Under the pieces are notes generated by a model. It was not told the origin of the DNA and searched no databases. It saw nothing but the letters and a program-made list of their open reading frames with translations. Shown piece by piece: positions 1-8,767 of a DNA stretch of 64,000 bases. The DNA is from an uncultured Gemmatimonadales bacterium (GTDB lineage: Bacteria; Gemmatimonadota; Gemmatimonadetes; Gemmatimonadales; JACORV01), in NCBI GenBank assembly GCA_963806755.1, contig CAWDZR010000016.1, positions 247,249 through 311,248 on the forward strand, written 5' to 3'. A program made the translations under genes and the position numbers. Within the stretch, counting starts at the first letter, position 1; the number at the start of each line of letters is the position of its first letter.

Positions 1-489
1 GTCGTCGGCGTGGCCGCCGTCGCGGTACGGCTTGGCGAGGAACAGGTCCCAGACGGTGTTGAGGGCGTTGATCTCCAGCTCGACGTAGTTGAGCGCGTCG
101 CCGTCGGGATCGATGAACATCTCGAAGTCGTTGTCGTGGAAGATCACCGCGTCGCGCTGGGTGAGCGTGCCCCACACGTCCGGCTCCTGGAGCGCGGCGC
201 CCACGTACAGGTAGTGGTCGTCCCACAGCATCTTCATGCGCGTCTCGAAGCGCGGCGCCGGCTTCCGGTCGCCCTCGATGTCCACGAACGCCGGTGACCA
301 GGGCGCGGCGCGCCACGCCGCGTCGTCGAGGGAGCCGTCGAGCCGCGGCGCGCGGGGCGCGCGGTAGCACGTGTAGGACAGCGGCGCCTGCTGCGCGGCG
401 GCAGCGGCGGGTTCGAGCAGGGCGGCGGCGAGGAGGGCCGCCGCGAGCCGGGGCGAGGTGGGCCGATGACGTGGACGCGGGCTTCGCAT
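1..489 (-). CDS. Secreted CBM9/DOMON-like carbohydrate-binding domain protein (5' part; continues off the left edge)
   Basis: Absent from the ORF track because no stop lies in the window. My reverse translation from ATG 489..487 gives MRSPRPRHRPTSPRLAAALLAAALLEPAAAAAQQ (signal-like). It continues LDGSLDDAAWRAAPWSPAFVDIEGD..PRFETRMKMLWDDHYLYVGAALQEPDVW..RDAVIFHDNDFEMFIDPDGD..YVELEINALNTVWDLFL, a motif series I associate with family-9 CBM-like proteins. The + strand ORFs 10..297 and 294..563 are R-rich antisense shadows. Confidence 0.7.
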   Translation of the reverse strand, partial: MRSPRPRHRPTSPRLAAALLAAALLEPAAAAAQQAPLSYTCYRAPRAPRLDGSLDDAAWRAAPWSPAFVDIEGDRKPAPRFETRMKMLWDDHYLYVGAALQEPDVWGTLTQRDAVIFHDNDFEMFIDPDGDALNYVELEINALNTVWDLFLAKPYRDGGHADD

Positions 490-573
490 CGTCGCAGCTC
501 CGGGGAGAACGCCTGTCGCGGGCATGGTGCTGTAAGCTGGCGCCGTCACGGCGGCGCGGCTAGCGTACGTGCC

Positions 574-2304
574 ATGTCGAGAGCCTTCCGAGCGCTGCTG
601 GCGCTGCTCGTGGCCGCCTGCGGGACGTCCGGCGCCGCGTGGCAGCCCGCGTGGACCGGGACGTTCCCCGCCGGATGGCGTTTCGCGACGCCGCCGCAGC
701 CCGTGACGGGCCGCTACGCGATGGTGGTCTCCGACCACCCCGCCGCGAGCGCCGTCGGCGCCGAGGTGCTGCGGCGCGGCGGCAACGCGATCGACGCCGG
801 CGTGGCGGTGGCGTTCGCCCTCGCGGTGGTGCATCCGCAGGCCGGCAACATCGGCGGCGGCGGCTTCCTCGTCTATCGCGCCGCCGACGGCCGCGCCTAC
901 TCGCTCGACTTCCGCGAGACCGCGCCGGCGGCGGCGACGCGCAACATGTACCTCGACGCCGCCGGCCACCTCACTGACCGGAGCCTCACCGGGGGGCTGG
1001 CCGTGGGCGTGCCGGGGTCCGTGGCCGGGCTGTTCGAGATGCACCGCCGCTTCGGCCGCCTCCCGTGGCGCGACCTCGTCGCCCCGGCGATCGCGCTGGC
1101 GCAGAGCGGCGTGATCGTGGACTCGCCGCGGGCCGCGGTGTTCCGCGACTCGGTGAACCGCCGGCGGCTGGAGCGCTTCCCCGCGTCGGTCGCGGCGTTC
1201 TTCCACGACGGCGGCCCGCCCGCGGAGGGCGACACGCTGCGCCAGCCCGACCTGGCGCGCACCCTCGCGCTGATCGCCGACTCGGGCGCCGACGCCTTCT
1301 ACCGGGGCGGCATCGCCGACGCCATCGTCGCGGAGATGGGGCGCAGCGGCGGCATCATCACCCGCGCCGACCTGGCCGGCTACCAGGCGAAGTGGCGCGA
1401 CCCGCTCGAGTCCACCTATCGCGGCTGGCACGTGATCGGGATGCCGCCGCCGTCGAGCGGCGGCGTCACGGTCGCCGAGATCCTGAACATCCTCGAGGCC
1501 TCGGGCCCGCTGCCGCCGTTCGGCTCCGGGGCGCTGCTGCACCTGGAGATCGAGGCGATGCGGCGCGCGTTCACCGACCGCAACCGCTGGCTCGGCGACC
1601 CCGATTTCGTGCGCATGCCGATCGCCAGGCTCACCAGCAAGCGGTACGCGGCGCAGCTCGCCCGCGGCATCCGGTTCGACACGGCCACGCCCTCCGCCGA
1701 GATGCCGGCCATCGTCGAGGGGCGGCACACCACCCACTTCTCGATCGTGGATCCGGAAGGGAACGCGGTCGCGATCACCACGACCCTCAACGACGACTTC
1801 GGCTCGGCGGTGACGGTCACGGGCGCGGGATTCCTCCTCAACGACGAGATGGACGACTTCGCCTCGAAGCCCGGCGCCCCCAATCTCTACGGGCTGGTCC
1901 AGGGCGAGGCGAACGCGATTCAGCCGGGGAAGCGGATGCTGTCGGCGATGGCGCCCACGATCGTGCTCGACCCGGGGCGCCACCTGGTGCTGGTCACCGG
2001 CTCGCCCGGCGGCCCGCGCATCATCACCGCTGTCGAGCAGGTCATCTCCAACATCATCGACCAGCGGATGACGCTCGCGGAGGCCGTGAGCGCCCCGCGC
2101 ATCCACCACCAGGCCCTCCCCGACTCGGTGATGTGGGAGGCCGGCGGCCTGGCGCCCGGCGAGCGGCGGGTCCTCGCCGCGATGGGGCACGCCTTCCGCG
2201 ACCGGCCCCTCGTCATCGGGGACGTCAACTCCGTGCTCGTCACGCCGCAGGGCCTCGAGGGCCTCGCGGACCCGCGCCGCGGGGGCGGTGCGGCCGGATG
2301 GTGA
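574..2304 (+). CDS. ggt: Gamma-glutamyltranspeptidase, lipoprotein-type signal
   Basis: ORF 466..2304. The in-frame ATG 574 gives MSRAFRALLALLVAACG (lipobox-like). GGT hallmarks are present: GNIGGGGF, TTHFSIVDPEGNAVAITTTLNDDFGS (autoprocessing Thr region), GFLLNDEMDDF and SPGGPRIIT. Confidence 0.93.
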   Translation: MSRAFRALLALLVAACGTSGAAWQPAWTGTFPAGWRFATPPQPVTGRYAMVVSDHPAASAVGAEVLRRGGNAIDAGVAVAFALAVVHPQAGNIGGGGFLVYRAADGRAYSLDFRETAPAAATRNMYLDAAGHLTDRSLTGGLAVGVPGSVAGLFEMHRRFGRLPWRDLVAPAIALAQSGVIVDSPRAAVFRDSVNRRRLERFPASVAAFFHDGGPPAEGDTLRQPDLARTLALIADSGADAFYRGGIADAIVAEMGRSGGIITRADLAGYQAKWRDPLESTYRGWHVIGMPPPSSGGVTVAEILNILEASGPLPPFGSGALLHLEIEAMRRAFTDRNRWLGDPDFVRMPIARLTSKRYAAQLARGIRFDTATPSAEMPAIVEGRHTTHFSIVDPEGNAVAITTTLNDDFGSAVTVTGAGFLLNDEMDDFASKPGAPNLYGLVQGEANAIQPGKRMLSAMAPTIVLDPGRHLVLVTGSPGGPRIITAVEQVISNIIDQRMTLAEAVSAPRIHHQALPDSVMWEAGGLAPGERRVLAAMGHAFRDRPLVIGDVNSVLVTPQGLEGLADPRRGGGAAGW

Positions 2305-2339
2305 AGCAGCAGCTCCGCTCGAAACCACCGAGGCCCGCC

Positions 2340-4391
2340 ATGATGCACCGTCACGCCGTCGCCGTCGCCGCCGCCCTGGCCCTCGTTCCCGGCCCCGCCG
2401 CCGCGCAGGGGCGCCACGCCATCACCGTGCGCGAATTCCTGAGCCTGGCGCGGCCGGCCGAGCCCGCGATCTCGCCCGACGGGCGCTGGGTCGCCTACGA
2501 CGTCGCGGTCCCCGACCTCGCCGGCAACCGCCGGCGCACCGACCTGTGGATGGTGCCCGCCGCCGGCGGCGAGGCCCGGCGGATCTCCACCGACTCGCTG
2601 GGCGGCCGCAGCCCGCGCTGGTCGCCGGACGGCACCGCGCTCGCCTACGTCACGACCCGCGGCGGGACGCCCCAGGTGTGGATCTACCAGCCGGCCACGG
2701 GCGCGCAGCGGCAGCTGACAAGCCTGTCCACCGGGGCCGACGGCCCGCAGTGGGCGCCGGCGGGCGGGCTGATCGCCTTCACCTCCCAGGTCTATCCGGA
2801 GTGCGCCGACGACGCGTGCAACCAGCGGCGCGGCGACTCCCTCGCGCACCTGCCCAGCGACGCGCGGCTCTACGACCATCTCCTCTACCGTCACTGGACC
2901 ACGTGGGACGACGGCACGCGCAGCCACCTGTTCGTGGTGCCCGCCGCCGGCGGCGTCCCGCGCGACCTGCTCGCGGGCAGGGACTGGGACACGCCGGTAC
3001 CGCCCTTCGGCGGATCGTCCGACTACGCCTGGAGCCCCGACGGCACCACGCTCGCCTTCACCACCAAGTTCGGGCGCGACCAGGCCTGGACCACCAACAC
3101 CGACATCTACACCGTGGCCGCGGCGGGCGGCGAGCCGGTCTCCGTCACGGCCGCGATGCGCGGCGCGGAGTCGGCGCCCGCGTGGTCGCCGGACGGGCGG
3201 TACCTCGCCTTCCTGTCCCAGGCAACGCCGGGCTACGAGTCCGACCGCGTCCGCCTCATGGTGAAGGACCTCGCCGGCGGCGCGGTGCGCGAGGTGCCGC
3301 GCGCCTTCGACCGCTGGGTCAACGAGTACGCCTGGGAGCCGAACTCCCAGGGCTTCATCGTGATCGCCGAGGACCACCAGAGCGACCGCTTCTTCCATCT
3401 CCCCCTGACCGGGGGCGCGGTGCACGACGTGCATCCGGGCGGGGACGTCTCGCAGCTCGCCATCGCCGGCTCGCAGCCCGACGCGGTCGCGTACGTCGGC
3501 GACGCCATGAACGCACCGCCCCAGGTCTTCGTGTGGCGGATCAATCACGCCGACCCCACCCCGCCGCTGCAGCTCACCCATCTCAACGCCGACCTGCTGG
3601 CGACGCTCGACATGCCCGCCGGCGCGGAGATCCGCTGGATCGGCGCCGGCGGCGACAGCGTGTACGGCTGGCTCCTCAAGCCGCCGGGCTTCGATCCGGC
3701 GCGCCGCTACCCGCTGCTGGTGCTGGTGCACGGCGGGCCGCAGGGCGCGTGGCTCGACCAGTTCCACCCGCGCTGGAACCCGGAGCTGTTCGCCGCGCCT
3801 GGCTACGTCGTGTTCATGCCCAACCCGCGCGGCTCGACCGGCTTCGGCCAGCGGTTCATCGACCAGATCGCGCGCGACTGGGGCGGCAGGGTTTACGAGG
3901 ACATCATGCGGGGCGTGGAGGTCGCGGCCCGGCTCCCCTACGTGGACTCCACGCGCATGGGCGCGGCGGGCGGCTCGTTCGGCGGCCACATGGTCAACTG
4001 GATCAACGGCCACACCTCGCGCTTCAAGGCGCTGGTGGCGCACGACGGCGACTTCAACCTCTCGTCCCTCTACGGTTCCACGGAGGAGCTGTGGTTCCCG
4101 GAGCACGACCTGGGCGGGCCGCCGTGGGCCGATCGCACCGACTACGAGCGCTGGTCGCCCGACCGCTTCGCGCAGGCCATGCGCACGCCCGAACTGGTGG
4201 TCCAGGGCGGCCAGGACTTCCGGATCCCGGAGACGGAGGGAATGCAGGCGTTCACGGCGCTGCAGCGCCAGGGCGTGCCGTCGCAGTTCCTGTACTTCCC
4301 CGACGAAGGACACTGGGTCCTCAGGCTGCAGGACCAGCTGGTGTGGTGGACGACGGTCCAGGCGTGGCTCGGCCGGTACCTGCACCCCTGA
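2340..4391 (+). CDS. S9-family serine peptidase (prolyl oligopeptidase / dipeptidyl-aminopeptidase type) with N-terminal beta-propeller
   Basis: In-frame 3' part of ORF 1065..4391. ATG 2340 (alternative 2298) precedes the signal-like MMHRHAVAVAAALALVPGPAAAQ. Repeated SPDG/WSPDG propeller motifs, the nucleophile elbow GGSFGGHM, and C-terminal GGQDFRIP and DEGHW are present. Confidence 0.9.
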   Translation: MMHRHAVAVAAALALVPGPAAAQGRHAITVREFLSLARPAEPAISPDGRWVAYDVAVPDLAGNRRRTDLWMVPAAGGEARRISTDSLGGRSPRWSPDGTALAYVTTRGGTPQVWIYQPATGAQRQLTSLSTGADGPQWAPAGGLIAFTSQVYPECADDACNQRRGDSLAHLPSDARLYDHLLYRHWTTWDDGTRSHLFVVPAAGGVPRDLLAGRDWDTPVPPFGGSSDYAWSPDGTTLAFTTKFGRDQAWTTNTDIYTVAAAGGEPVSVTAAMRGAESAPAWSPDGRYLAFLSQATPGYESDRVRLMVKDLAGGAVREVPRAFDRWVNEYAWEPNSQGFIVIAEDHQSDRFFHLPLTGGAVHDVHPGGDVSQLAIAGSQPDAVAYVGDAMNAPPQVFVWRINHADPTPPLQLTHLNADLLATLDMPAGAEIRWIGAGGDSVYGWLLKPPGFDPARRYPLLVLVHGGPQGAWLDQFHPRWNPELFAAPGYVVFMPNPRGSTGFGQRFIDQIARDWGGRVYEDIMRGVEVAARLPYVDSTRMGAAGGSFGGHMVNWINGHTSRFKALVAHDGDFNLSSLYGSTEELWFPEHDLGGPPWADRTDYERWSPDRFAQAMRTPELVVQGGQDFRIPETEGMQAFTALQRQGVPSQFLYFPDEGHWVLRLQDQLVWWTTVQAWLGRYLHP

Positions 4392-4409
4392 GCGCGGGGG
4401 GCGGCGGAC

Positions 4410-6182
4410 GTGCGTAGCCTGCGCGCCCTGCTGCCCTACTACCGGCCCTATCTGGCGCGCATGGCGGTCGGGCTGCTGACGATCGCCGTCGCCAACGTGT
4501 TCACCATGGCCGCGCCCGCGTTCCTGCAGCGCGGCGTGGACGCGCTCGGCAAGCCGGGGGCGGCGCACGTGCTGGCCCTCATGGCCGGCGCCCTGGTGGG
4601 GGTCACCGTCCTGGCGGGCGCCGCCCGGTTCGGGATGCGCCAGCTCCTGAACGCGGTGAGCCGCTGGATGGAGTACGACCTCCGCAACGCGCTGTACCGG
4701 CACCTCGTGACCCTGCAGCCGTCCTTCTACCACCGCACGCCGACCGGCGACATCATGGCGCGCGCCACCAACGACCTGTCGGCCGTGCGGATGGCGGCGG
4801 GCCCCGCGGTGATGTACCTGACCGACACCGTCACCCGCGCGGTGTTCGCGATTCCGCTGATGGTGCGGATCGACTGGCGGCTCACGGTGCTCGGCCTCAT
4901 CCCGCTGCTGGGGATGCCGACGGTCATGGTCCTGCTCGGTCGCACGATCCACCACCGCTTCGAGGCGGTGCAGGAGCACTTCGGGACCCTCACCACGCAG
5001 GCGCACGAGAGCCTGAGCGGCGTGCGCGTGGTGCGCGCCTACCGCCAGGAGGCGAGCGAGACCCGGAAGTTCGCGGCCCTGAACCTCGAGTACCTGCGCC
5101 GCAACATGCGCCTCGCCCGCACCTACGGCGCGCTGTTTCCGCTGATCATGTTCTTCGGCGGCGCCGGGGGCGTGCTGACCCTGTGGTTCGGCTCCCTGCT
5201 GGTGGTGCGCGGCACCGTCACGCTGGGGGAGTACATCGCGTTCACCACCTACCTGGTCCTCCTGGTGTGGCCGATGATCGCGCTCGGCTGGGTCATCAAC
5301 CTGTTCGAGCGCGGCGGCGCGTCCATGGACCGCATCCAGCAGCTCCTGAACGAGCGGCCGGCCATCGCCGACCCGCCGGCGCCCGGCGCGCTGCCGCCGG
5401 CGTCCGGCGGGCGCGCGGTCGAGTTCCGGGACGTGTGGTTCCGCTACCCGGTGCCGCGGCGCACCGACGGCAAGGGCGGGGACCGCGGCTGGGCGCTGGA
5501 GGGCGTGTCGTTCGCCGCCTCCGCCGGCGCGTGGGTCGCGGTGGTCGGCGCCACCGGGTCCGGCAAGACCACGCTGGTCGAGCTGCTCGCCCGGCTCGCC
5601 GACCCCGACCGCGGCGAGATCCTGCTCGACGGCGTACCGCTCCGGGCGCTCGCGCTCGCCGATCTCCGGCGCGCGGTGGGCTTCGTGCCCCAGGAGACGT
5701 TCCTGTTCTCCCAGACGATCGGGGAGAACATCGCGCTCGGCGTGCTGGACCAGGCCGCCGCGGAAGGGGCGGCGCGGGTGGCGCAGCTCCACGAGACCAT
5801 CGCCGCGTTCCCCGCGGGCTACGAGACCATGCTGGGGGAGCGCGGCATCAACCTCTCGGGCGGCCAGCGCCAGCGCACGGCGCTGGCCCGCGCCCTGGCC
5901 CGCCGCCCCGACGTGGTCGTGCTCGACGACGCGCTCTCGGCCGTGGACACCGACACCGAAGCCCAGATCCTGCGCCAGCTCAAGCGGTCGCTGGTGGGCG
6001 TCACCACGCTGGTCGTCTCGCACCGCATCACCGCCGTCCGCGACGCCGACCTCATCGTGGTGCTCGACGGCGGGCGCATCGTGGAGACCGGCAGGCACGA
6101 CGAGCTGTTCGAGCGGCGGGGACGGTACTGGCAATTGCTGCGACGGCAACAGCTGGAGGAATCTCTCGAGGAAGCGAGTTGA
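4410..6182 (+). CDS. ABC exporter, fused permease-ATPase (MsbA/multidrug type)
   Basis: ORF 4410..6182 (GTG start). The N-terminal half is a six-TM-like domain. Motifs: Walker A GATGSGKTT, signature LSGGQRQRTALARAL, Walker B VVVLDDALSAVD and an H-loop SHR. Confidence 0.92.
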   Translation: MRSLRALLPYYRPYLARMAVGLLTIAVANVFTMAAPAFLQRGVDALGKPGAAHVLALMAGALVGVTVLAGAARFGMRQLLNAVSRWMEYDLRNALYRHLVTLQPSFYHRTPTGDIMARATNDLSAVRMAAGPAVMYLTDTVTRAVFAIPLMVRIDWRLTVLGLIPLLGMPTVMVLLGRTIHHRFEAVQEHFGTLTTQAHESLSGVRVVRAYRQEASETRKFAALNLEYLRRNMRLARTYGALFPLIMFFGGAGGVLTLWFGSLLVVRGTVTLGEYIAFTTYLVLLVWPMIALGWVINLFERGGASMDRIQQLLNERPAIADPPAPGALPPASGGRAVEFRDVWFRYPVPRRTDGKGGDRGWALEGVSFAASAGAWVAVVGATGSGKTTLVELLARLADPDRGEILLDGVPLRALALADLRRAVGFVPQETFLFSQTIGENIALGVLDQAAAEGAARVAQLHETIAAFPAGYETMLGERGINLSGGQRQRTALARALARRPDVVVLDDALSAVDTDTEAQILRQLKRSLVGVTTLVVSHRITAVRDADLIVVLDGGRIVETGRHDELFERRGRYWQLLRRQQLEESLEEAS

Positions 6183-6186
6183 CAGT

Positions 6187-6368
6187 CGGCGAGATTTCAG
6201 AACCGTTGCGAGACGCCGAGTTGCGAGAGGTTACGCGATGGGAGTGATCGGAGCGAGCACAGGCCCCGGGCGGCTCCGTAGCTGCCCGAGGCCTGTTCTG
6301 TTTCCGACCACTCGCATCTCACAACCACTCGCAACTCGGCGTCTCGCAACGGTTCTGCAATCTCGTTG
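6187..6368. repeat. About 182-nt near-perfect inverted repeat / giant hairpin filling the spacer between convergent genes
   Basis: Positions i and 12555-i are complementary from 6187/6368 down to 6274/6281. 6198-6227 (CAGAACCGTTGCGAGACGCCGAGTTGCGAG) is the perfect reverse complement of 6328-6357. The apical loop is TCCGTA at 6275-6280. Confidence 0.9.
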
Positions 6369-6383
6369 CCGCGTGCTGCGATC

Positions 6384-7091
6384 TCAGAGACGCGACTTGA
6401 GGAACCCGGGCGTCAGCCGCTGGAACCATCCCGACAGCAGCGTGAAGCTCCCCGTCAGCATCAGCACGCCGGCCACCAGCAGCAGCGCGCCCGCCACCCG
6501 CTCCACCCATCCGACGTAGCGCCGGAAGCGCTGGAACCAGCCGAGGAACCCCTCCAGCGCCCAGGCGGCCACCAGGAACGGCAGCGCCAGGCCGAGGGAG
6601 TACGCGAGCAGGAGGCCCAGTCCCTGCCCCAGGTCGGCGCGGGTGGAGGTGTAGAGCAGGATGGACCCGAGGATCGGGCCGATGCACGGGGTCCAGCCGG
6701 CGCCGAAGGCCATGCCGACCAGCACCGACCCCAGGAAGCCGAGCGGCTTGTCGGACAGCTGGACGCGGGCCTCGCGCGCGAGGAACGGAAGGCGCAGCGC
6801 GCCGAGCGCGACCAGGCCGAAGACAATGATCAGCGCCCCGCCCACGCGCTCGAGCCACAGCTGGTACGCGTGCAGGAGCCGGCCCACCTCGGTGGCAGTG
6901 GCGCCGAGGGCGATGAAGATGAGCGAGAAGCCGGCGACGAACAGGATGGCGTGCAGCAGTGCCAGGTGGCGCCGCGCGCCGATCTCGGCGACGCCGCTCA
7001 CCCCGGTGAGAAAGGAGAGATAGCTCGGGACGAGCGGGAGGACGCAGGGCGACAGGAACGACAGCAGCCCCGCGAGGAAGGCGACGAGCAA
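6384..7091 (-). CDS. ccdA: Cytochrome c biogenesis thiol-disulfide transporter CcdA (DsbD-beta family)
   Basis: ORF 6384..7091. LSFLSPCVLPLVPSYLSF and GAGWTPCIGPILGS carry the two conserved TM cysteines. The profile is multi-pass hydrophobic. Confidence 0.9.
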   Translation of the reverse strand: MLVAFLAGLLSFLSPCVLPLVPSYLSFLTGVSGVAEIGARRHLALLHAILFVAGFSLIFIALGATATEVGRLLHAYQLWLERVGGALIIVFGLVALGALRLPFLAREARVQLSDKPLGFLGSVLVGMAFGAGWTPCIGPILGSILLYTSTRADLGQGLGLLLAYSLGLALPFLVAAWALEGFLGWFQRFRRYVGWVERVAGALLLVAGVLMLTGSFTLLSGWFQRLTPGFLKSRL

Positions 7092-7102
7092 GGGCTAGGC
7101 GG

Positions 7103-7714
7103 TCACGGCGCCGGACGGGACGGCGGGGGCGCTGGCGTTTCGGTGACGTGGTTGAACTCCACGTACACGCACGCCGCGACCACCGTGGTCCACAGCCCGT
7201 CGGGGCCGCACTCCGCCGTCTGGGTCACGTTGCGCGTCTTGACGATGTCGCCGGACATCAGGTACACCGCGCGGCGCTCGTCCCAGGCCTGGTTGGGATC
7301 GAACGGCACGCCGAGCGTGGTGGCGAGCATCGAGGCCGCCAGGTCTTCGGCGTAGTCCCCCGCGATCTCCTCCTTCTGCCCGTACGTGTGGTGCTCGGAG
7401 ATGTACCCGTAGTGGTTGGGGTCGGCGGGAATGGCGAGGCCGATGGAGGCCGCGACCATCCGGCTCGGCTCGTTCGTGGCCATCTCCGCCAGCACCGTGA
7501 ACACCACCTGGCCGGGGTGCAGCAGCTGCACGCCCTCCTGGCGGGTCACGAGCTTGCCGTGGGGCGGGAAGATCGAGCTGACCCGCACGAGGTTGCACTT
7601 CTCGATGCCGGCGTCGCGCAGGGCCATTTCGAAGCTCGTCAGCTTCTCCTTGTGACGGCCCACACCCCGGGTCAGGAACCCCTTGGTCGGCACGAAATGC
7701 ATGGGATCGAACAC
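7103..7714 (-). CDS. pdaD: Pyruvoyl-dependent arginine decarboxylase (PvlArgDC)
   Basis: ORF 7103..7714. [47 protein letters not shown] matches the PvlArgDC N-terminus, including the V-S-S self-processing region. About 200 aa, as expected. Confidence 0.85.
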   Translation of the reverse strand: MFDPMHFVPTKGFLTRGVGRHKEKLTSFEMALRDAGIEKCNLVRVSSIFPPHGKLVTRQEGVQLLHPGQVVFTVLAEMATNEPSRMVAASIGLAIPADPNHYGYISEHHTYGQKEEIAGDYAEDLAASMLATTLGVPFDPNQAWDERRAVYLMSGDIVKTRNVTQTAECGPDGLWTTVVAACVYVEFNHVTETPAPPPSRPAP

Positions 7715-7718
7715 CGCA

Positions 7719-8189
7719 CTACCTCTGTTCGGACGGGGGAGAGGTTGGGGGAGCGGGCGCGGCGCCTTCCAGGAGCTGGCACTCGCGGCACACGCCGTAG
7801 ATCTCCAGCCGGTGGTGGTGGTGCTGGAATCCGTATTCCTCGGCCACCAGCGCCTTGAGACGTTCCAGCTTGTCGTTCGTGAACTCGATGACCTTGCCGC
7901 AGCGGACGCAGATGAGGTGTTCGTGGTGCGGGTGCCCGGGGACCCGTTCGTAGCGGCGGAATCCCTCGCCGAAGTCGCGCTCGGTGATCATCCCGCTGCG
8001 GGCCAGGATGTCGAGGGTGCGGTACACCGTCGCCTTGCCGATGTGCAGGTCGCGCACGCGCAGCTGCTGCTCGATGTCCTCCACCGAGAGATGGCCGACC
8101 GCCGCCAGGACGACTTCCGCCACCTGCTCGCGCTGCGTCGTCACCGGCAGGCTGTGCTCCCGCAGGTAGCGGCGGAACTCCTCCAGCAT
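7719..8189 (-). CDS. Fur-family metalloregulator (Fur/Zur/PerR not distinguishable)
   Basis: ORF 7719..8228. I prefer ATG 8189 ([21 protein letters not shown]), which lies 10 nt after the upstream stop. Features: winged-helix N-terminus, [18 protein letters not shown] and C-terminal CRECQ metal-site motifs. Confidence 0.88.
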   Translation of the reverse strand: MLEEFRRYLREHSLPVTTQREQVAEVVLAAVGHLSVEDIEQQLRVRDLHIGKATVYRTLDILARSGMITERDFGEGFRRYERVPGHPHHEHLICVRCGKVIEFTNDKLERLKALVAEEYGFQHHHHRLEIYGVCRECQLLEGAAPAPPTSPPSEQR

Positions 8190-8199
8190 CGGCGATCGC

Positions 8200-8565
8200 T
8201 CACTCGGGCGTGGGACGCTCACCCTCACCTGCTTTCCACGCGGACAGATCCACGGGCTCCGCGTCGCCCGCCTCGTCGGCCCGGCGCCGCACGCCCTCGA
8301 GCACTTCGGGGAGCAGCGCCGCCGGCGCCTCGGCCGTCTCCTCGACGGTCACCGTGATGCGGCCCCGCTCCGGGCCCTTGAGCGCGACGACATACCGGGC
8401 CCGGTACACCAGGCGCCGATCGCCGGCCAGCGCGCGGCTCACCACCGCCACGCCGTGCTCGCGGCCCTCGCGGCGCACCGGGGGGAAGGCGTAAACCGCC
8501 TCCACCTCCGCGCGCGGCATCCGCTCGGCCAGCAGCTCGAGCAGCCGCGCCAGCGCCTCCGTCAC
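8200..8565 (-). CDS. Hypothetical protein (start uncertain: GTG 8565, ATG 8520 or TTG 8706)
   Basis: ORF 8200..8706. The convincing protein-like part is (V)TEALARLLELLAERMPRAEVEAVYAFPPVRREGREHGVAVVSRALAGDRRLVYRARYVVALKGPERGRITVTVEE... I recognise no family. It is co-oriented with and adjacent to the Fur-family gene. Confidence 0.55.
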   Translation of the reverse strand: MTEALARLLELLAERMPRAEVEAVYAFPPVRREGREHGVAVVSRALAGDRRLVYRARYVVALKGPERGRITVTVEETAEAPAALLPEVLEGVRRRADEAGDAEPVDLSAWKAGEGERPTPE

Positions 8566-8730
8566 CGCGCCCCGCGCGCCGGGGCGCGCCCGGCCCCAAG
8601 AAGAAGCCGGCCGCCGGGGAGTTCCCCATCGGCCGGCACCTGCGCCCGGGAGGCCGGCGTCGCCTTCACCGAGCAGGGCCCGCCACGGCTGCGGTGCGCG
8701 GTGCAAGCGGACGGGCCATGTGCGGCGCGA

Positions 8731-8759
8731 ATAATACGAACGCCCGGAGGCGAGTTCAA
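8731..8759 (-). promoter_or_regulatory. Sigma70-like promoter for the hypothetical/Fur/pdaD/ccdA gene string
   Basis: The minus strand reads TTGAAC (8759..8754), a 17-nt spacer, then TATTAT (8736..8731). It sits in the only AT-richer patch between the priA stop (8768) and the downstream ORFs. Confidence 0.45.
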
Positions 8760-8767
8760 TAGCGTCT

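Noticed and set aside
1920-6149. Very long ORFs on the strand opposite to recognised genes. Examples are 1920..6149 (-, 1409 aa), 18974..22249 (-, 1091 aa), 39490..42519 (+, 1009 aa), 55188..58889 (+, 1233 aa), 24833..27118 (+) and 8891..11329 (+).
   Set aside because: Their translations are R/A/G/P/H-rich low-complexity strings with no motifs. They lie exactly antisense to, or out of frame with, genes carrying strong family signatures. Stop-poor antisense frames are expected at this GC content.
6238-6519. ORF 6238..6519 (+, 93 aa), and the ORFs 6319..6858 and 6366..7355 overlapping the giant hairpin and ccdA
   Set aside because: ORF 6238..6519 starts inside the hairpin and runs antisense into ccdA. 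The composition and GC3 pattern are not gene-like. The ccdA frame is clearly the real one.
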